Positions 1 to 10,695 of a stretch of DNA of 64,000 nt are shown one piece after another. A program made the translations under genes and the position numbers. The notes under the pieces are model-generated. The model worked only from the letters and a program-made list of their open reading frames with translations. It ran no database searches and was not told the origin of the DNA. Positions within the stretch are counted from its first letter, which is position 1, and every line of letters starts with the position of its first letter. The DNA is from an uncultured delta proteobacterium (GTDB taxonomy: Bacteria > Desulfobacterota > Binatia > UTPRO1), in NCBI GenBank assembly GCA_963774015.1, contig CAVZDH010000001.1:1206945-1270944 (forward strand), given 5' to 3'.

Positions 1-1101
1 GTATCGCGAGGTCTTCGACCTCGCCCTGCCGATCCAGGCGGAGGAGGTGAAGAAGGCGGCGAAGAAGTTCCTGGTCGACGAGGTCAACGCCGAGTGGCGG
101 AAGGGCCGCGAGCGGGAGCTCGCGGGCGCCTGGGATCACGACGCGCGGATCGCCGTCCTCGACGCCGACGGCATCGCCGGCGAGGTGATCTTTCCCGACG
201 GCATCACCGAGATGAACATGCCGCCGTTCGGGGCCGGCCTGTCGCTCCCGACCGAGGGCATCAACGCCGAGCTGCAGTGGGCGGGCGCGCGCGCCCACAA
301 CCGCTGGCTGGCCGAGCTCTGCGCCGATGGCGCCCGAGCGGCGGGCCGGCGTCGCGATCGTCCCCGCGCTCTGGGACGTCGACGAGGCGGTGCGGGAGGT
401 GGCGTGGGCGCGGGAGCACGGCCTGCGGGGCATCCTCATCCCGTCGATGTGGGGCGCGCTCGACGCCTACCATCACCCGAAGTACGAGCCGCTCTGGGCG
501 GCGTGCGAGGACCAGGGGATGGTCATCCATCTCCACTCGGGCGCTGCGCCGATGGCCGACTACGGCGAGCACGTCGGCATGATGGGCATCTACATCACCG
601 AGGTCGTCTGGTGGGCGGTGCGGCCGGTCACGTTCCTGATCTGGGGCGGCGTCTTCGAGCGCCACCCGAAGCTCCGCCTCGCGATCACCGAGTCGACGAC
701 GGTCTGGGTGCCCGAGATGCTGGCGCTGCTGGACTTCCGCTACGACGACACGCCACTACAGCGCGAAGCTCGGCGACTACCGGAGCCATCTCTCGATGAA
801 GCCGAGCGAGTACTTCCGCCGCCACGTCTTCCTCGGCGCCTCGTGCATGCCGCGCCGCGAGGTCGACATGCGGCACGAGATCGGCCTCGAGCACATCATG
901 TGGGGCACCGACTACCCGCACCCCGAGGGCACTTGGCCGGCCACCCGCGCCCAGATGCTCGACGCCTTCCGCGGCGTGCCGGACGACGAGACCGCGGCGA
1001 TGCTCGGCGGCAACGCCGCGCGCCTCTACGGCTTCGACGTCGAGAAGCTGGCGCCGCTCGTCGCGCGGATCGGGCCGCCGAAGGCCGCGTTCGCGGCCTG
1101 A
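1..1101 (+). pseudogene. amidohydrolase-2 family (PF04909-like) metal-dependent hydrolase. 5' end lies outside the window; two frameshifts near 330 and 752.
   Basis: Three consecutive ORF-track frames (47..799, 327..1463, 796..1101) each carry a contiguous piece of one amidohydrolase-like protein. The pieces include NRWLAELCA, MAPERRAGVAIVP, HLHSG and WGTDYPHPEG. The frame switches at ~330 and ~752. Confidence 0.6.
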
Positions 1102-1131
1102 CGGGCGCACGCCCGCGCGACAGGAGAGCCG

Positions 1132-1994
1132 ATGCCTATCACCGAGCCCGCAACAGGGTACGAGGAGGATCCGATGAGCAAGCTCCGCTACGTGAAGAGC
1201 CCCGACGAGCTCCGGCTCGCCGCCAAGTTCGATCCCGAGTTTCTCCCGAGCTCGATGCGCCAGATCCGCGCCCTCTACGAGACCGATCCGGAGCTGCTCG
1301 CGGCCGTCCTGCCGCCGCCGCTCGCGCCCGGAACGCGGCCCGAGATCGGCGTGACCATCTCGCAGGTCAAGATGCACATGGCGCCCGGCTTCGACGTCGA
1401 GATCGGCGCCGCGATCTTCGGCGCGCGCGCCGTGCTACGAGGGCGTCGAGGGCATCTACATGATCACCATGCCCATGACGACCGAAGGCGCGGTCGTCGG
1501 CGGGCGCGAGACCTTCGGCGAGCCGAAGAAGCTCGCCGAGATCGCGTTCGATTTCGGCGCCGAGACGGTCGCCGCGACGGTCACGCGCCACGGCGTACGC
1601 GTACCTCGAGCTCCGGGGCCGACGCGGCGCCGCCCGTCCGGCCGCGGGCTTCACGGAGTACGCGTACTGCTACAAGTGCCTCCCCGCGCTCGAGAAGGGG
1701 AAGGGCCTCGAGTTCGACCCTCTGCTCGTGCGCCTCAACTGGGAGCACGCGCTCGAGAAGGTCGTCGAGGTCGCGGGCGAGGTGATCCTGCGCGAGTCGA
1801 TGTTCGATCCCGTCGCCGATCTGCCGGTGCGACGCCTGGTCGCGATGACGTACGAGGAGGGGCGGAGCCGATCGAGCGGCGCCGTGCTCGCGACCGTCCC
1901 TGCCGCGGCGCTGCTGCCCTTCCTGCACCAGCGCTACGACGACATCACGCCGATGCTCGCGGCCATGGCGCCGCCGGACGCCGCCCGTGCGTGA
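1132..1994 (+). pseudogene. acetoacetate decarboxylase (ADC)-like family protein, two frameshifts (~1455, ~1735)
   Basis: The N-terminal piece (1132.., ..YETDPELLAAVLPPPLAPGTRPEIGVTI), middle piece (1460.., GRETFGEPKKLAEI) and C-terminal piece (1728..1994) lie in three different frames. Together they read as one ADC-fold protein. Confidence 0.55.
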
Positions 1995-2844
1995 GCTGCG
2001 CGGCAAGCACGCGGTCGTGACCGGCGGTGCCTCCGGCATCGGCCGCTCGATCGTCGCCCGTCTCGCGCGCGCGGGGATGCGGGTCGTCGTCGCCGACGTC
2101 GAGGCGGAGGCGCTTGCGCGCGCCGTCGCGGCGCTCCGCGCCGACGGCGCGGAGGCGACGGGGGTGCCGGTCGACGTCACGCGCTTCGAGTCGGTGCAGG
2201 AGCTTGAGCGGCGCGCGGTCGCCGCCTACGGCCCCGTCCACCTCCTCTGTAACAACGCCGGGGTCGGTGCGCAGGAGGACGTGCCGCTCTGGGAGCTGCC
2301 GCTCAGCGACTGGCGCTGGACGTTCGACGTGAATGTCTGGGGCGTGATCCACGGGTGCAAGGCCTTCCTCCCGGGGATGCTCGCGCATGGCGAGGACGCC
2401 CACGTCGTCAACACGTCGTCGGGAAACGGCGGCCTGATCGTCCTGCCGTTCACGCCCATCTATTCCACCAGCAAGGCCGCCGTGAGCGCGCTGACGGAAG
2501 TCCTGCTGCACCAGCTCGCGCCCACCAAGGTACGCGTCTCGGTGCTCTATCCCGGGCCCAACGTCGTCGCGACCAACATCTTCTCCGCGTCGCGGAACCG
2601 GGGCGCGGACTACGCGCGCGGCCAGGACCAGATCATGCCGCCGATTACGCTCGACGGCTTGCGTGAGATGTTCGGCGGGAAGCTCGACGTCACGCAGCCC
2701 GACGAGGTGGCGGAGCACCTGATCGCCGGCATCACGCGCGACGCGTACTACATCCTGCCGCCGAGCGAGCGCAGCGACGCGGGGGTGCGGGCACGGATGG
2801 AGAGCGTCCTCGCGCGGCGTACGCCGGAACCGCCTTCCTTCTGA
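1987..2844 (+). CDS. SDR family short-chain dehydrogenase/reductase
   Basis: Intact 285-aa ORF with the TGGASGIGR Rossmann motif, NNAG and YxxxK (YSTSKAAV). GTG start overlapping the upstream gene end. Confidence 0.85.
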   Translation: MRELRGKHAVVTGGASGIGRSIVARLARAGMRVVVADVEAEALARAVAALRADGAEATGVPVDVTRFESVQELERRAVAAYGPVHLLCNNAGVGAQEDVPLWELPLSDWRWTFDVNVWGVIHGCKAFLPGMLAHGEDAHVVNTSSGNGGLIVLPFTPIYSTSKAAVSALTEVLLHQLAPTKVRVSVLYPGPNVVATNIFSASRNRGADYARGQDQIMPPITLDGLREMFGGKLDVTQPDEVAEHLIAGITRDAYYILPPSERSDAGVRARMESVLARRTPEPPSF

Positions 2845-2850
2845 CGGCCG

Positions 2851-3185
2851 GGCCTCACTTCTTCTTCTCGTACTCCTCGAGGAGTGCCGCCCGGGCCGCG
2901 GTCTCGCGCTCGCGGAGCTCGTAGAAGCGCGGCTTGTCGGTGCTGCAATTAGATTGATGGCGAAGGCGCACTCGCGACCATGATCTCGTAGCCGAAGGTG
3001 GTCGCGAGATAGAGGTTCAGGTGCGAGCAGCACCCGCGCTCGCACTTCTCCTGCAGCGCACGCAGGTAGTAGCCGCGCGCGGCGTTTTGAAGAATCGGCC
3101 GCACCGCGAGTGGCGGCTTCGCACGCTCGGTTCGGCGGCTCACGAAGATCGAGGCGGCACGCTCCTTGCGATGTTGTCGCGCCAT
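2851..3185 (-). CDS. hypothetical small Cys-containing protein (CERGCCSH), probable +1 frameshift near 2950
   Basis: The 82-aa ORF 2949..3197 (ATG at 3185, MARQHRKER..) stops at 2949. The adjacent frame continues without a stop as ..STDKPRFYELRERETAARAALLEEYEKKK*. That K-rich, helix-like tail is unlike random-frame output in a 70% GC genome. Confidence 0.35.
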
Positions 3186-3630
3186 GGAGACCAACAAGCG
3201 AAGCTACGGAGGTGCCCTTCGGCATTGGCCGCTGGGCGTATGTGTGGCGGCCGTTGCCACCCTGATCCTGCCGGGGTGCGGCCCGCATCGACAAGAGCGG
3301 CTCGTGTCGACACGGACCGTGACGATCGAGCGCAACCTGCCGGCGCCGAAAATGGTCGACATCTCGATCATCGGCTTGCACGACGAGCCGGCTCTCGATT
3401 CCGCGCAGGAGCGAGTGGTCGGAACGATCGTGAACCACGGCGACCGCCAGGCGACCGGGATCTCGATCCGCGTCGACGCGATCGACGAGGACGGCCACGT
3501 CGTGAACAGCATCACGACCCCGCCACTGCACCAGGAGATCGACCCGTACGGCGGACGCGCGAGGTTCGAGGCGTTCATGCCGCGTGACAGCGACGTCACG
3601 GGCTATCACGCGGTCGCGATCGCCCGTTGA
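3184..3630 (+). CDS. hypothetical lipoprotein
   Basis: METNKR..VAAVATLILPGCG shows a lipobox-type signal, and the ORF has a coding-like composition. The start is uncertain (3166 or 3184); its ATG overlaps the divergent ATG of the minus-strand gene. Confidence 0.5.
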   Translation: METNKRSYGGALRHWPLGVCVAAVATLILPGCGPHRQERLVSTRTVTIERNLPAPKMVDISIIGLHDEPALDSAQERVVGTIVNHGDRQATGISIRVDAIDEDGHVVNSITTPPLHQEIDPYGGRARFEAFMPRDSDVTGYHAVAIAR

Positions 3631-3668
3631 CGCGCGGCGGGCAGCGAGTCGTAAAGAGGAGGAGTGTC

Positions 3669-4073
3669 ATGAAAGTCACGAAGAGACTGTTGGCCCCGGC
3701 ATTGGCATGCGCGCTCGGACTGTTCACCACGGTCGCGGCACGAGCCGACATGCAGCACACCGAGCGCACGACGACGACCGAGAAGACGACCACGTACCGT
3801 GGGACCGTCACCGAGGTGGACCCGGCATCGTCCACGATCGTTCTACGGTCCGAATCGTCGTCGGCGCCGACCAGGTACACCTACAACGAGAAGACGGTGT
3901 TCACCGACGCGCAAGGGAACGTGGTGGCGTACGAAGCCATCAAGGATTCGCCGGTCACGATCCAATACACGCGTGAAGGCGATCGTACGATCGTGACCAA
4001 GGTCACGAAGGAGCCGACCACGGTCCGGAAGGAAACGACGACGACGACCACTACCACCACGGATGACGAGTGA
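3669..4073 (+). CDS. secreted Thr-rich hypothetical protein
   Basis: Strong RBS (aagaggagg) 7 nt before ATG 3669. The N-terminus MKVTKRLLAPALACALGLFTTVAARA is a signal peptide, and the protein ends with a poly-Thr tail. Confidence 0.6.
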   Translation: MKVTKRLLAPALACALGLFTTVAARADMQHTERTTTTEKTTTYRGTVTEVDPASSTIVLRSESSSAPTRYTYNEKTVFTDAQGNVVAYEAIKDSPVTIQYTREGDRTIVTKVTKEPTTVRKETTTTTTTTTDDE

Positions 4074-4099
4074 GTCGCCGGATGACGAGTGAGTCGCCG
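4062..4099 (+). repeat. perfect 19-bp tandem duplication (ggatgacgagtgagtcgcc x2) spanning the stop codon of the 3669..4073 gene
   Basis: Direct reading of the sequence at 4061-4098. Confidence 0.8.
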
Positions 4100-4122
4100 A
4101 GGGCCGCGTCGACCGGGCCACG

Positions 4123-4446
4123 GTGAGTGGGCAATTCGGTGGGGCCCCGCTGCCCACGGGCGCCATGATCCATGCTTACGCGGTCTGCGTGGACGCGGGG
4201 TTGGCGCCGACGTCGGCGCCGTCGGCGAGCGTCGGGACCGCCACCTCGTTCACGATTACCTGCGGGTCGAATCGCATCGCGGTCGGCGGCGGCTTTGACA
4301 ATTCTTTCTCCGTCGGTGGGGATGGCGGCGTAGATACGTCGCGGGCGTCGGATGCCAACTTGGGAGGATGGAAACTCGGCGGGTGGATTCTTGGCGCCAG
4401 CAGCATCATGCAGAATGCCTACGCCGTCTGCGTCGGCGGGCCCTGA
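4123..4446 (+). CDS. hypothetical small protein with an internal repeat (..HAYAVCVDAG.. / ..QNAYAVCVGGP)
   Basis: GTG-start ORF with no clear RBS. Composition is coding-like, but there is no recognisable family. Confidence 0.25.
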   Translation: MSGQFGGAPLPTGAMIHAYAVCVDAGLAPTSAPSASVGTATSFTITCGSNRIAVGGGFDNSFSVGGDGGVDTSRASDANLGGWKLGGWILGASSIMQNAYAVCVGGP

Positions 4447-4603
4447 CGGAACGTCCGCCGGGGCGGCCAGGTCGAGCGCCCGCGCGGGCGCCGGCGAGCG
4501 ACCCCGTGGGGTGTCTGGCGCGCTACTCCTGGAGCTGCGTGTGACCGTCGGTGAGATCGTCGTCCGCCATCGAACCTGTGTCCGGAGCACGAGCACGAGC
4601 GGA

Positions 4604-5086
4604 CTATCGGGTGAAGTCGATCGGCTGACCGCACGCGTTGCCGCCGGCGTTGTAGTCGAACACCATCCGACCGCCGTAGTCGGCGCCCTTGGTCAGGACG
4701 GCGAGCAGCACGAGCAGCAAGACGAGAAACAACGCGCGGCCCCGGACGGGCAGCGGTCGCGCCGCGACCGCCCAGAGCGCCAACGCGGAACCGAGACCGA
4801 GGCTCGCGAGCATGAGCCGCTCGTGCGGCTCGAGGAGCTCCGCCCGAACCGAGGGCGCGATCATCACCCCGGGCTCGGCATGGAGCCCGGTCGCCACGGC
4901 GGCCGCCGCGGAGAGCGCACCGAGGAGCAGCAGCCACAGCGCGGTCCATGCGACGGACTCCCGTCCCGTCGCCCAGGCGACGAAGTAGACGAGCGCAGCA
5001 CCGGTCCAAAACGCGATCGGGAAATGCACCAGCAGCGGATGCGCGTTCTGGAGATGCTGCGCTCCGGGGAGAAGGTCCACCGTCAA
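4604..5086 (-). CDS. DUF2231-like integral membrane protein
   Basis: HPLLVHFPIAF motif followed by 4 hydrophobic segments. The start is taken as TTG/GTG just after the upstream stop (likely translational coupling). The upstream part of the 232-aa ORF is low-complexity. Confidence 0.55.
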   Translation of the reverse strand: MTVDLLPGAQHLQNAHPLLVHFPIAFWTGAALVYFVAWATGRESVAWTALWLLLLGALSAAAAVATGLHAEPGVMIAPSVRAELLEPHERLMLASLGLGSALALWAVAARPLPVRGRALFLVLLLVLLAVLTKGADYGGRMVFDYNAGGNACGQPIDFTR

Positions 5087-5097
5087 GACGGGAACGC

Positions 5098-5460
5098 TTA
5101 CTTGAACGATTCGACCGTCAGGAACGTGCTGCCGCCGGTCGCATGGACCTTGCCGGTCACCGTGACGTCGCTCCCCATCTTGTCGGTCAAACCTGCGGGG
5201 AGCGGCTCTTTGTCCTTGGCGGGCAACAGGACGTAGACCTTGTTGGTCCCGTTCTCGAGCAGCCCCGCGGGAATGCCCTTCTTCACGCAGTCGATGCCGC
5301 ACTGCTTGTGGCTCGCGCCTTTGGCGCCCATGGTGGCGAAGCAGAACGTATCGATCACTTCGCCGGTCACCGTCTCCGCGCGCGCCGAGGCCGCAAGGCC
5401 GAAGGCAAACGTGAACGCCAATGCCGCGAATGCCGATCCAACGATCGCTGATTTCGTCAT
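5098..5460 (-). CDS. small secreted protein (signal peptide MTKSAIVGSAFAALAFTFAFGLAASARA)
   Basis: The aggagga RBS sits upstream of ATG at 5460. It is followed by a signal peptide and a K-rich mature region with CxxxC (HKQCGIDC). It forms an operon with the DUF2231 gene. Confidence 0.6.
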   Translation of the reverse strand: MTKSAIVGSAFAALAFTFAFGLAASARAETVTGEVIDTFCFATMGAKGASHKQCGIDCVKKGIPAGLLENGTNKVYVLLPAKDKEPLPAGLTDKMGSDVTVTGKVHATGGSTFLTVESFK

Positions 5461-5653
5461 CACCTTCCTCCTGTTCTCCGGCTGATGGTCAGGGCCGAGC
5501 ATCACTCGAACATTTCGGGGCGAGCGGGGCAACCGTGGGGCGGACGTATGGTTCCCGCCGCGGCCGGCGGATCGCCGCCCCCAATTCGGCGGCCCGGCGG
5601 ACCCGCGACGCGGGGACGGCGCGACTACTCCGCCGCCGCCGGGAACTGCACCG

Positions 5654-5944
5654 TCAGCGTGTGCGGGACGATGATGAGCCCTCGCCGGCGAGGCCGCCGC
5701 TCTGCTTCACCGCGTCGCTCGAGGTCGGCGGGATGCAGAACGAGTTCACCGACTGGCCGCTCGACGATCCCGCGACGAAGCTCCCAGCCTGCCCCTGGAG
5801 CTCGATCGGGAAGACGTGACAGGGCCGATTCTCGCAGTGCAGCGGGTCGGCGTACGCGTGGCCCGCGATCGCCAAACGGGCGACCGTGCCGGCCAGGGCA
5901 CGAGCGAGCGCGGACGGACGATCGACGATGCGACGGCTCTTCAT
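5654..5944 (-). CDS. small secreted Cys-containing protein (RR-type signal MKSRRIVDRPSALARALAG..)
   Basis: gggagg RBS 6 nt upstream of ATG 5944. Signal peptide plus 4 Cys residues. Confidence 0.4.
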   Translation of the reverse strand: MKSRRIVDRPSALARALAGTVARLAIAGHAYADPLHCENRPCHVFPIELQGQAGSFVAGSSSGQSVNSFCIPPTSSDAVKQSGGLAGEGSSSSRTR

Positions 5945-6253
5945 GACGACCTCCCGAGGACCTGCTGCGGCCGCCGACGCTCGGCGGTGCTGACGCAGCA
6001 GTAAGGGGCTCGCGCGTCTCGCGACAATCCCGTCAGCGGACGAGACGGTTCGCCAAAACGAGGGACGTCCGCCACCGAAAGACGGCCGAACGCGGCGTGA
6101 TACCGGGTGAACGTTTCTGGACGCCTGGGAACGCGATCCGAGCCCCGCTCTTTCCGCGGCCGACGTCATGTCTTTTCAGCGGCGTGCTCCTAGGGAGGCG
6201 GGATTGTGGGGCTTCGGACGCGGCTCCTACTCTCGCCGTCCATGCGGAGAGCC

Positions 6254-9105
6254 ATGAAGCGTATCGTATCGTTCGTCGTCGCTGCGGCCGTGACGGCCGC
6301 GACCGGTGCCGCGCACGCACAACTCTCGCCCTCCGGGGTGCAGGCAGCCGACCGCAGCGTCGAGCCCGTCGTCGCGAAAGGGGTGAAGCTCGGCGCCTGG
6401 TCGGGTCCGGCCGCCTCGATCATCTGCATGCCGTACCCCTCGGGCGCGCCACGGGCGCGCGCGACGCGCACAACGGCACGTTCCTCACGCCGCCCGCGGA
6501 CCGGCATCCCGGTGCACGAGATCGCCGCCTATCGCTGGGACGGTGCACAGTTCGTCGAGATCCCCGTGCAGGTGGACGAGATGTATCCGTACTGCCTCTC
6601 GAACCCGAACTCGTCGTTCGGCGTCTACTCGGGGACGGACATGGAGCTCACCTACGCGTGGGACGTCGAGTCGTGGAAGAAGACCGCCGGCGTCTGTTCC
6701 GCGGAGTACCCGTCGGGCGAGGGCCCGCTTCCCGATCCCGTGCCGACGCTCGACGACGACGACGAGGTCGTCTTCATGGCGAGCGACGCGGGCGCGCAGG
6801 CGCCGGTCGGGGCGACGCCGCCCGCGGGTACGAGCGACGGCCAGGCGCTCGTGCTCGTCGATCCATTGGACCCGGCGACGACGCGCTTCGTCTATCTCTT
6901 CCGCAAGCCCGGCGGGTCGTCCTTCACGGCCGCCGACGGCTACGTCGACTACGCCCGCGACCCGAACGCCGACGAGTACATCGACCGCTACAGCTTCGAC
7001 GCCGGCGACCCGCAGCAGCTCGGCTCGAGCAACACCGGCTACGGCCCGAACCTCTCGGGCAGCGTATGCGTGCCGGCGCCGGCGCACGCGCGTCGACCGA
7101 CCGCTTCCCGCGCGACGGCGTGACGGTCTCTACCGATCTGTATCGCTGGCGCGCGACCGGGCGGTGGATGGTGCGCGAGATGCACGTCGCGAAGCCGAGC
7201 CAGCCCGGCGTGTACGGCGCGGACCTCATCGACCGCTGGAAGGGCCGCGCGTTCCAGCAGGCGCCGGACTCGACGATCTCGCTCGTCGGCTTCGAGGACG
7301 AGCAGGTGAACTGGGAGGCGAACTCGTCGCTGCTCGGCGAGCGCATGGGCCCGGTGCGCGCGATCCGCGAGACCTGGGGCGCCGACTCGGGCACCAACGT
7401 GACGAAGACCGAGAGCTTCTACCGGAACGCGATCGCGTATCACTACCACGTGCGCGTCCACCCGATCCCGCCGGACGGGCTTTATACCTCGTGGGACTAC
7501 AACCGCGGCGTCGCCGCGAAGTACTACAACGTGCTGAAGCCGGACGGCGTCGACATCGACGGCGTGAACGACGACCAGGGTAACATCGACAGCATCAGCA
7601 ACTTCCCCGCGTACTTCGACATCCCCGATCCCACCTTCAGCCCGCCGTCGGCGCTCTTCCAGTGGGAAGAGGTATCGGGCGCGGGAGACACCGGCTCGCT
7701 CGTCTACATCGTCGAGCTGAAGGGCGCGACGACGCTCGAGAACCCGGCCGTCGTGCCGTACTACCGCGACGACGCCTGCCTCGACGACGGCACCGGCGAC
7801 GATCCGGTGCAGCGGCCGTGGCCGGGCGAGGCGAGCAGCGACAGCCGCGTGCTGAACGGCTACTGCGCGGCGCACGGAAGCCGGCGATGTCACGTCTGCC
7901 GCTCGGGAGCGACCCGGGCCCGTGCGACGTCGATTGCAAGCTCGGCGAGACGCAGGGCGCGTACGGCTCGCACGGCATCCACTACTTCGTCACGAACGAC
8001 ACCGACAACGCGGCATCGCCCGGGACGCTCACCGAGATCGACGCGCAGCAGTGGCAGTTCGCGGTGCCGACCGAGCAGCCGACGAACGTCGGCGCGGTGA
8101 CGAGCAACGTCGTCCTCGTGCCGCTCCAGGTCGCGGCCGTCCCGACCGGCGCGTTGCCGTCGCTGCCGCCGATCACGTCGAACGGGAGCGTGACGACCGA
8201 TCACGACGTGGTGGTCACGGTGACGCTCACGGGACTCGACCTCGACACGTGCGAGCTCGGCGTTCTCGATCGTCACGCCGCCGGCGCACGGTATGCTCGG
8301 CGCGCTCGGCGCCGCCGCCTGCGCCGCCGGGACGCCGAACACCGACCGTGCGACCGTGCTCTACACGCCGGTCGCGGGTTATGGCGGCAGCGACTCGTTC
8401 ACGTTCCAGGTGAACGACGGCACGAACGATGCGCCGGTCGCGGGCACCGTGTCGATCACCGTGAACGCGCCGGCCGTACCGACCGCGACCACGACGCCCG
8501 CCGTTCCGACCGCGACGCCGACGCCGGCGGGTCCGACACCAACCGCGACCGGCCCGACCCCCGCGCCCGGCCTCTGCGGCGACGCGCCGCGGAGCGGCTG
8601 CCGCACGCCGGTGCAGCCGCAGGGCGCGCTGCTCACGATCAAGAAAGGCTCGGACGCGAGCAAGGACCGCCTGCTCTGGAAGTGGGGCAAGGGCGCCGCG
8701 ACCGCGAAGGGCGACTTCGGCATCCCGACCGAAACGACCGACTACGAGCTCTGTCTCTACGACGGCAACGACCGGCTGCTCCTGGGCGCCCGCGCACCCA
8801 AGGGCGACGTCTGCCGCACGAACGAGATCCGCAACTGCTGGGAGGAGAACGCCAAGGGTTTCCGCTATGTCGATCGCGATCTCACGCCCGATGGGCTCCA
8901 ACAGATGAGCCTCAAGGCCGGGTCCGCGGGCAAAGCGCAGATCCTCGTGAGGGGACGCGGAAATAACTTGCAAGCTCCGCCGCTCTCGATCATGAATCTC
9001 CCCGTTCGCGTGCAACTCGTGAACGGTGGCGGTGCCTGCTGGGAAGCCACTTTTTCCGCGACCTTCCAAAATACGGCCGAGCGCTTCAAGGCCAAATCGG
9101 ACTGA
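6254..9105 (+). pseudogene. large secreted Ig/cadherin-like adhesin-type protein carrying a conserved C-terminal domain. The reading frame is broken at least 4 times (near 6460-6510, 7080, 7875 and 8262).
   Basis: Signal peptide MKRIVSFVVAAAVTAATGAAHA. Coherent protein pieces lie successively in frames 2/1/0/1 of the ORF track. There is an FSIVTPPAHGML..GYGGSDSFTFQVNDG Ig-like module and a Thr/Pro linker. The last ~170 aa (CRTPVQ..WKWGKG..FRYVDRDLTPDG..CWEATFS..FKAKSD) are homologous to the C-terminus of the 53395..56940 protein. Confidence 0.6.
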
Positions 9106-9366
9106 GACGGGTAAGCCATGAGCGGACGACGTCGATGCGCTCCGGGTCGGGCGGTAGAAGACCAATATGCCGATCGGGAAGCTGCGGAGGTTCGGCGCGA
9201 GCTCGGACCGCAAGCGGCCCATGGTGGGGTGGCGGGCGAGGAGCTTGAGCTTCTCCGTGACGGCGTCGATGAAGCGATCACTCGCCGCCAAGTCGTCCTG
9301 GGCAATGTAGACGGCGATCTCGAGGAAATCCGCCTCTGCCTCAGGTCGCTTGGTGACGCGGCTCAT
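9085..9366 (-). CDS. parE: type II toxin ParE/RelE family (single frameshift near 9135)
   Basis: MSRVTKRPEAEADFLEIAVYIAQDDLAASDRFIDAVTEKLKLLARHPTMGRLRSELAPNLRSFPIGILVFYRP matches ParE. After FYRP the frame slips, and the next frame reads DPERIDVVR... It overlaps parD by 4 nt. Confidence 0.7.
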
Positions 9367-9632
9367 CCCGCCTTGCGTCGGCGGGCGAGGGTGGTGCGCA
9401 CTTTCTTTTTGAGCGTTTCGGGATTGAGGGCGCTGGCGTGCCCGCTCGCGAGGCCCTTCCGGATCTCCTTCTGTAGATCAGCGAGCCGAGCGTCGTACAG
9501 GCGATCGCGTTCGTCCAACAGCCGGAGACCTTCGCGGATCACCTCACGCGCCGTTGGGTACAGGCCGCTCTTGATCTTCTTCTCGACGAGCAGCGAGAGC
9601 TCGCGCGTCAGGGAGATGGTCATGGCCGGCAT
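9363..9632 (-). CDS. parD: type II antitoxin ParD (RHH/CopG family)
   Basis: MTISLTRELSLLVEKKIKSGLYPTAREVIREGLRLL is the classic ParD N-terminus. It sits upstream of parE with an ATGA overlap. Confidence 0.8.
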   Translation of the reverse strand: MPAMTISLTRELSLLVEKKIKSGLYPTAREVIREGLRLLDERDRLYDARLADLQKEIRKGLASGHASALNPETLKKKVRTTLARRRKAG

Positions 9633-10059
9633 GATGAGGCGCCACGAGGAATGTTGTCAACGTTCGATTCCTGGCCCTCGCGTTGCCGCGATCGCGATCC
9701 CTCGATGTGCGACGCGGCCCATCGAAGCGGGAGCGGTTCCCGATCGGATGCTGCGCGATGAGCCGCCGGAGGGCTGCACCACGCGCGGACGCGCGGGCAG
9801 CACGTGACATCGCGCTTCCCGGCCGCACCGCCGGCACTCGGTGACGCTGAACGCGAGCTTCATCTCGAGAAGAAGCTCACCGTGCTGTGGCGGTTGTTGC
9901 CGCTGCTTCGCGTGCTCCGGCAACGCGTCGTCGACGCGTCCGACGGTACGGCGAGCGACGCACCGTGAGCCGTCGGGGAGCATCGCGAACCGGGGCATCC
10001 AAAACCCAACCCCGCATTTTTTGGCACAGGATACCCCGACTCACGCTCGCTCGGGGTCC

Positions 10060-10526
10060 ACTTGAGGAAAGGAGAGGTCATGCCCCATCGTACGTCTCGA
10101 CAACCAGCGAGCACCGCGACGACCTAGCGGCGTTCTTTGCGGAGGAGGCCTTCGACGAGCTCGTCGTGCTCTGCCAGGACCGCCCGGCGCGTTCGACGCC
10201 GCGACGACCGCCCATCGCGATCGGAAGGAGATCCTTCGGAGCCTGGTCGAGCGCGTCCTCGTGACCGCCAAGACCACCGAAACGATCTCGGCCATCATCA
10301 CATGGGCAGACGGCTCCGAGCCCACCACGATCGAGATTCCCCTTTGCGATTTGGACATCGGAGGATCGCCGAGATGGCCGAGGAAGGGCTCGGGAATGCC
10401 GAAATCGCACGCCGCTTGAACGAGCTGGGGCTGGAGACCTCGCGTGGTAAGCCCTGGTCGACGAGCACGGTCTGGCAGGTGCCTTTCCACGGCGCGCGTA
10501 GTCTTGAGTGTAAGCGACAAGCGTAG
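10060..10526 (+). pseudogene. degraded large serine recombinase (recombinase-domain fragments in three frames)
   Basis: Frame 0 carries ..IAEMAEEGLGNAEIARRLNELGLETSRGKPWSTSTVWQV (PF07508-like). Frame 1 carries ..RKEILRSLVERVLVTAKTTETISAIITWADG (C-terminal-like). Frame 2 carries a Y-V-S-T-T-S-E piece. A strong RBS (aaaggagaggtc) precedes ATG at 10080, but the ORF is only 15 codons long. Confidence 0.45.
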
Positions 10527-10695
10527 CCCGCCGGCTCGCCGTCCTCCGCGAGTGACTTCGGGAAGTGCGCCGCGATCATGATCGGTCCGAAGAGCTCCGT
10601 GGCGACGCACGAGGTCAAGAATCCTGCGGCGGCGCGACCGATCCATCCGTTGGCGTGGTTGACAACACTGGCGCGGCGTTGGCATCGTAGCCAAC

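Noticed and set aside
3183-3186. Overlapping divergent ATG start codons of the 2851..3185 (-) and 3184..3630 (+) genes
   Set aside because: Probably one of the two starts is mis-assigned (alternative start 3166 for the lipoprotein). It was not treated as a regulatory feature.
1945-3609. 554-aa minus-strand ORF (also similar long R/P/A-rich ORFs such as 11387..12964 -, 18913..22425 +, 47016..50411 -, 27835..29034 -)
   Set aside because: They are antisense to well-supported genes and have an extreme Arg/Pro/Ala composition with no motifs. These are typical high-GC shadow ORFs.
6097-8100. 667-aa ORF as a single gene
   Set aside because: Only its middle third (~7100-7870) is coding-like. It is one frame segment of the frameshifted 6254..9105 gene.
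10080-10127. 15-codon ORF MPHRTSRQPASTATT with a near-perfect RBS (aaaggagaggtc)
   Set aside because: Most likely the orphaned start of the degraded recombinase gene rather than a real micro-protein. It is kept inside the pseudogene feature.
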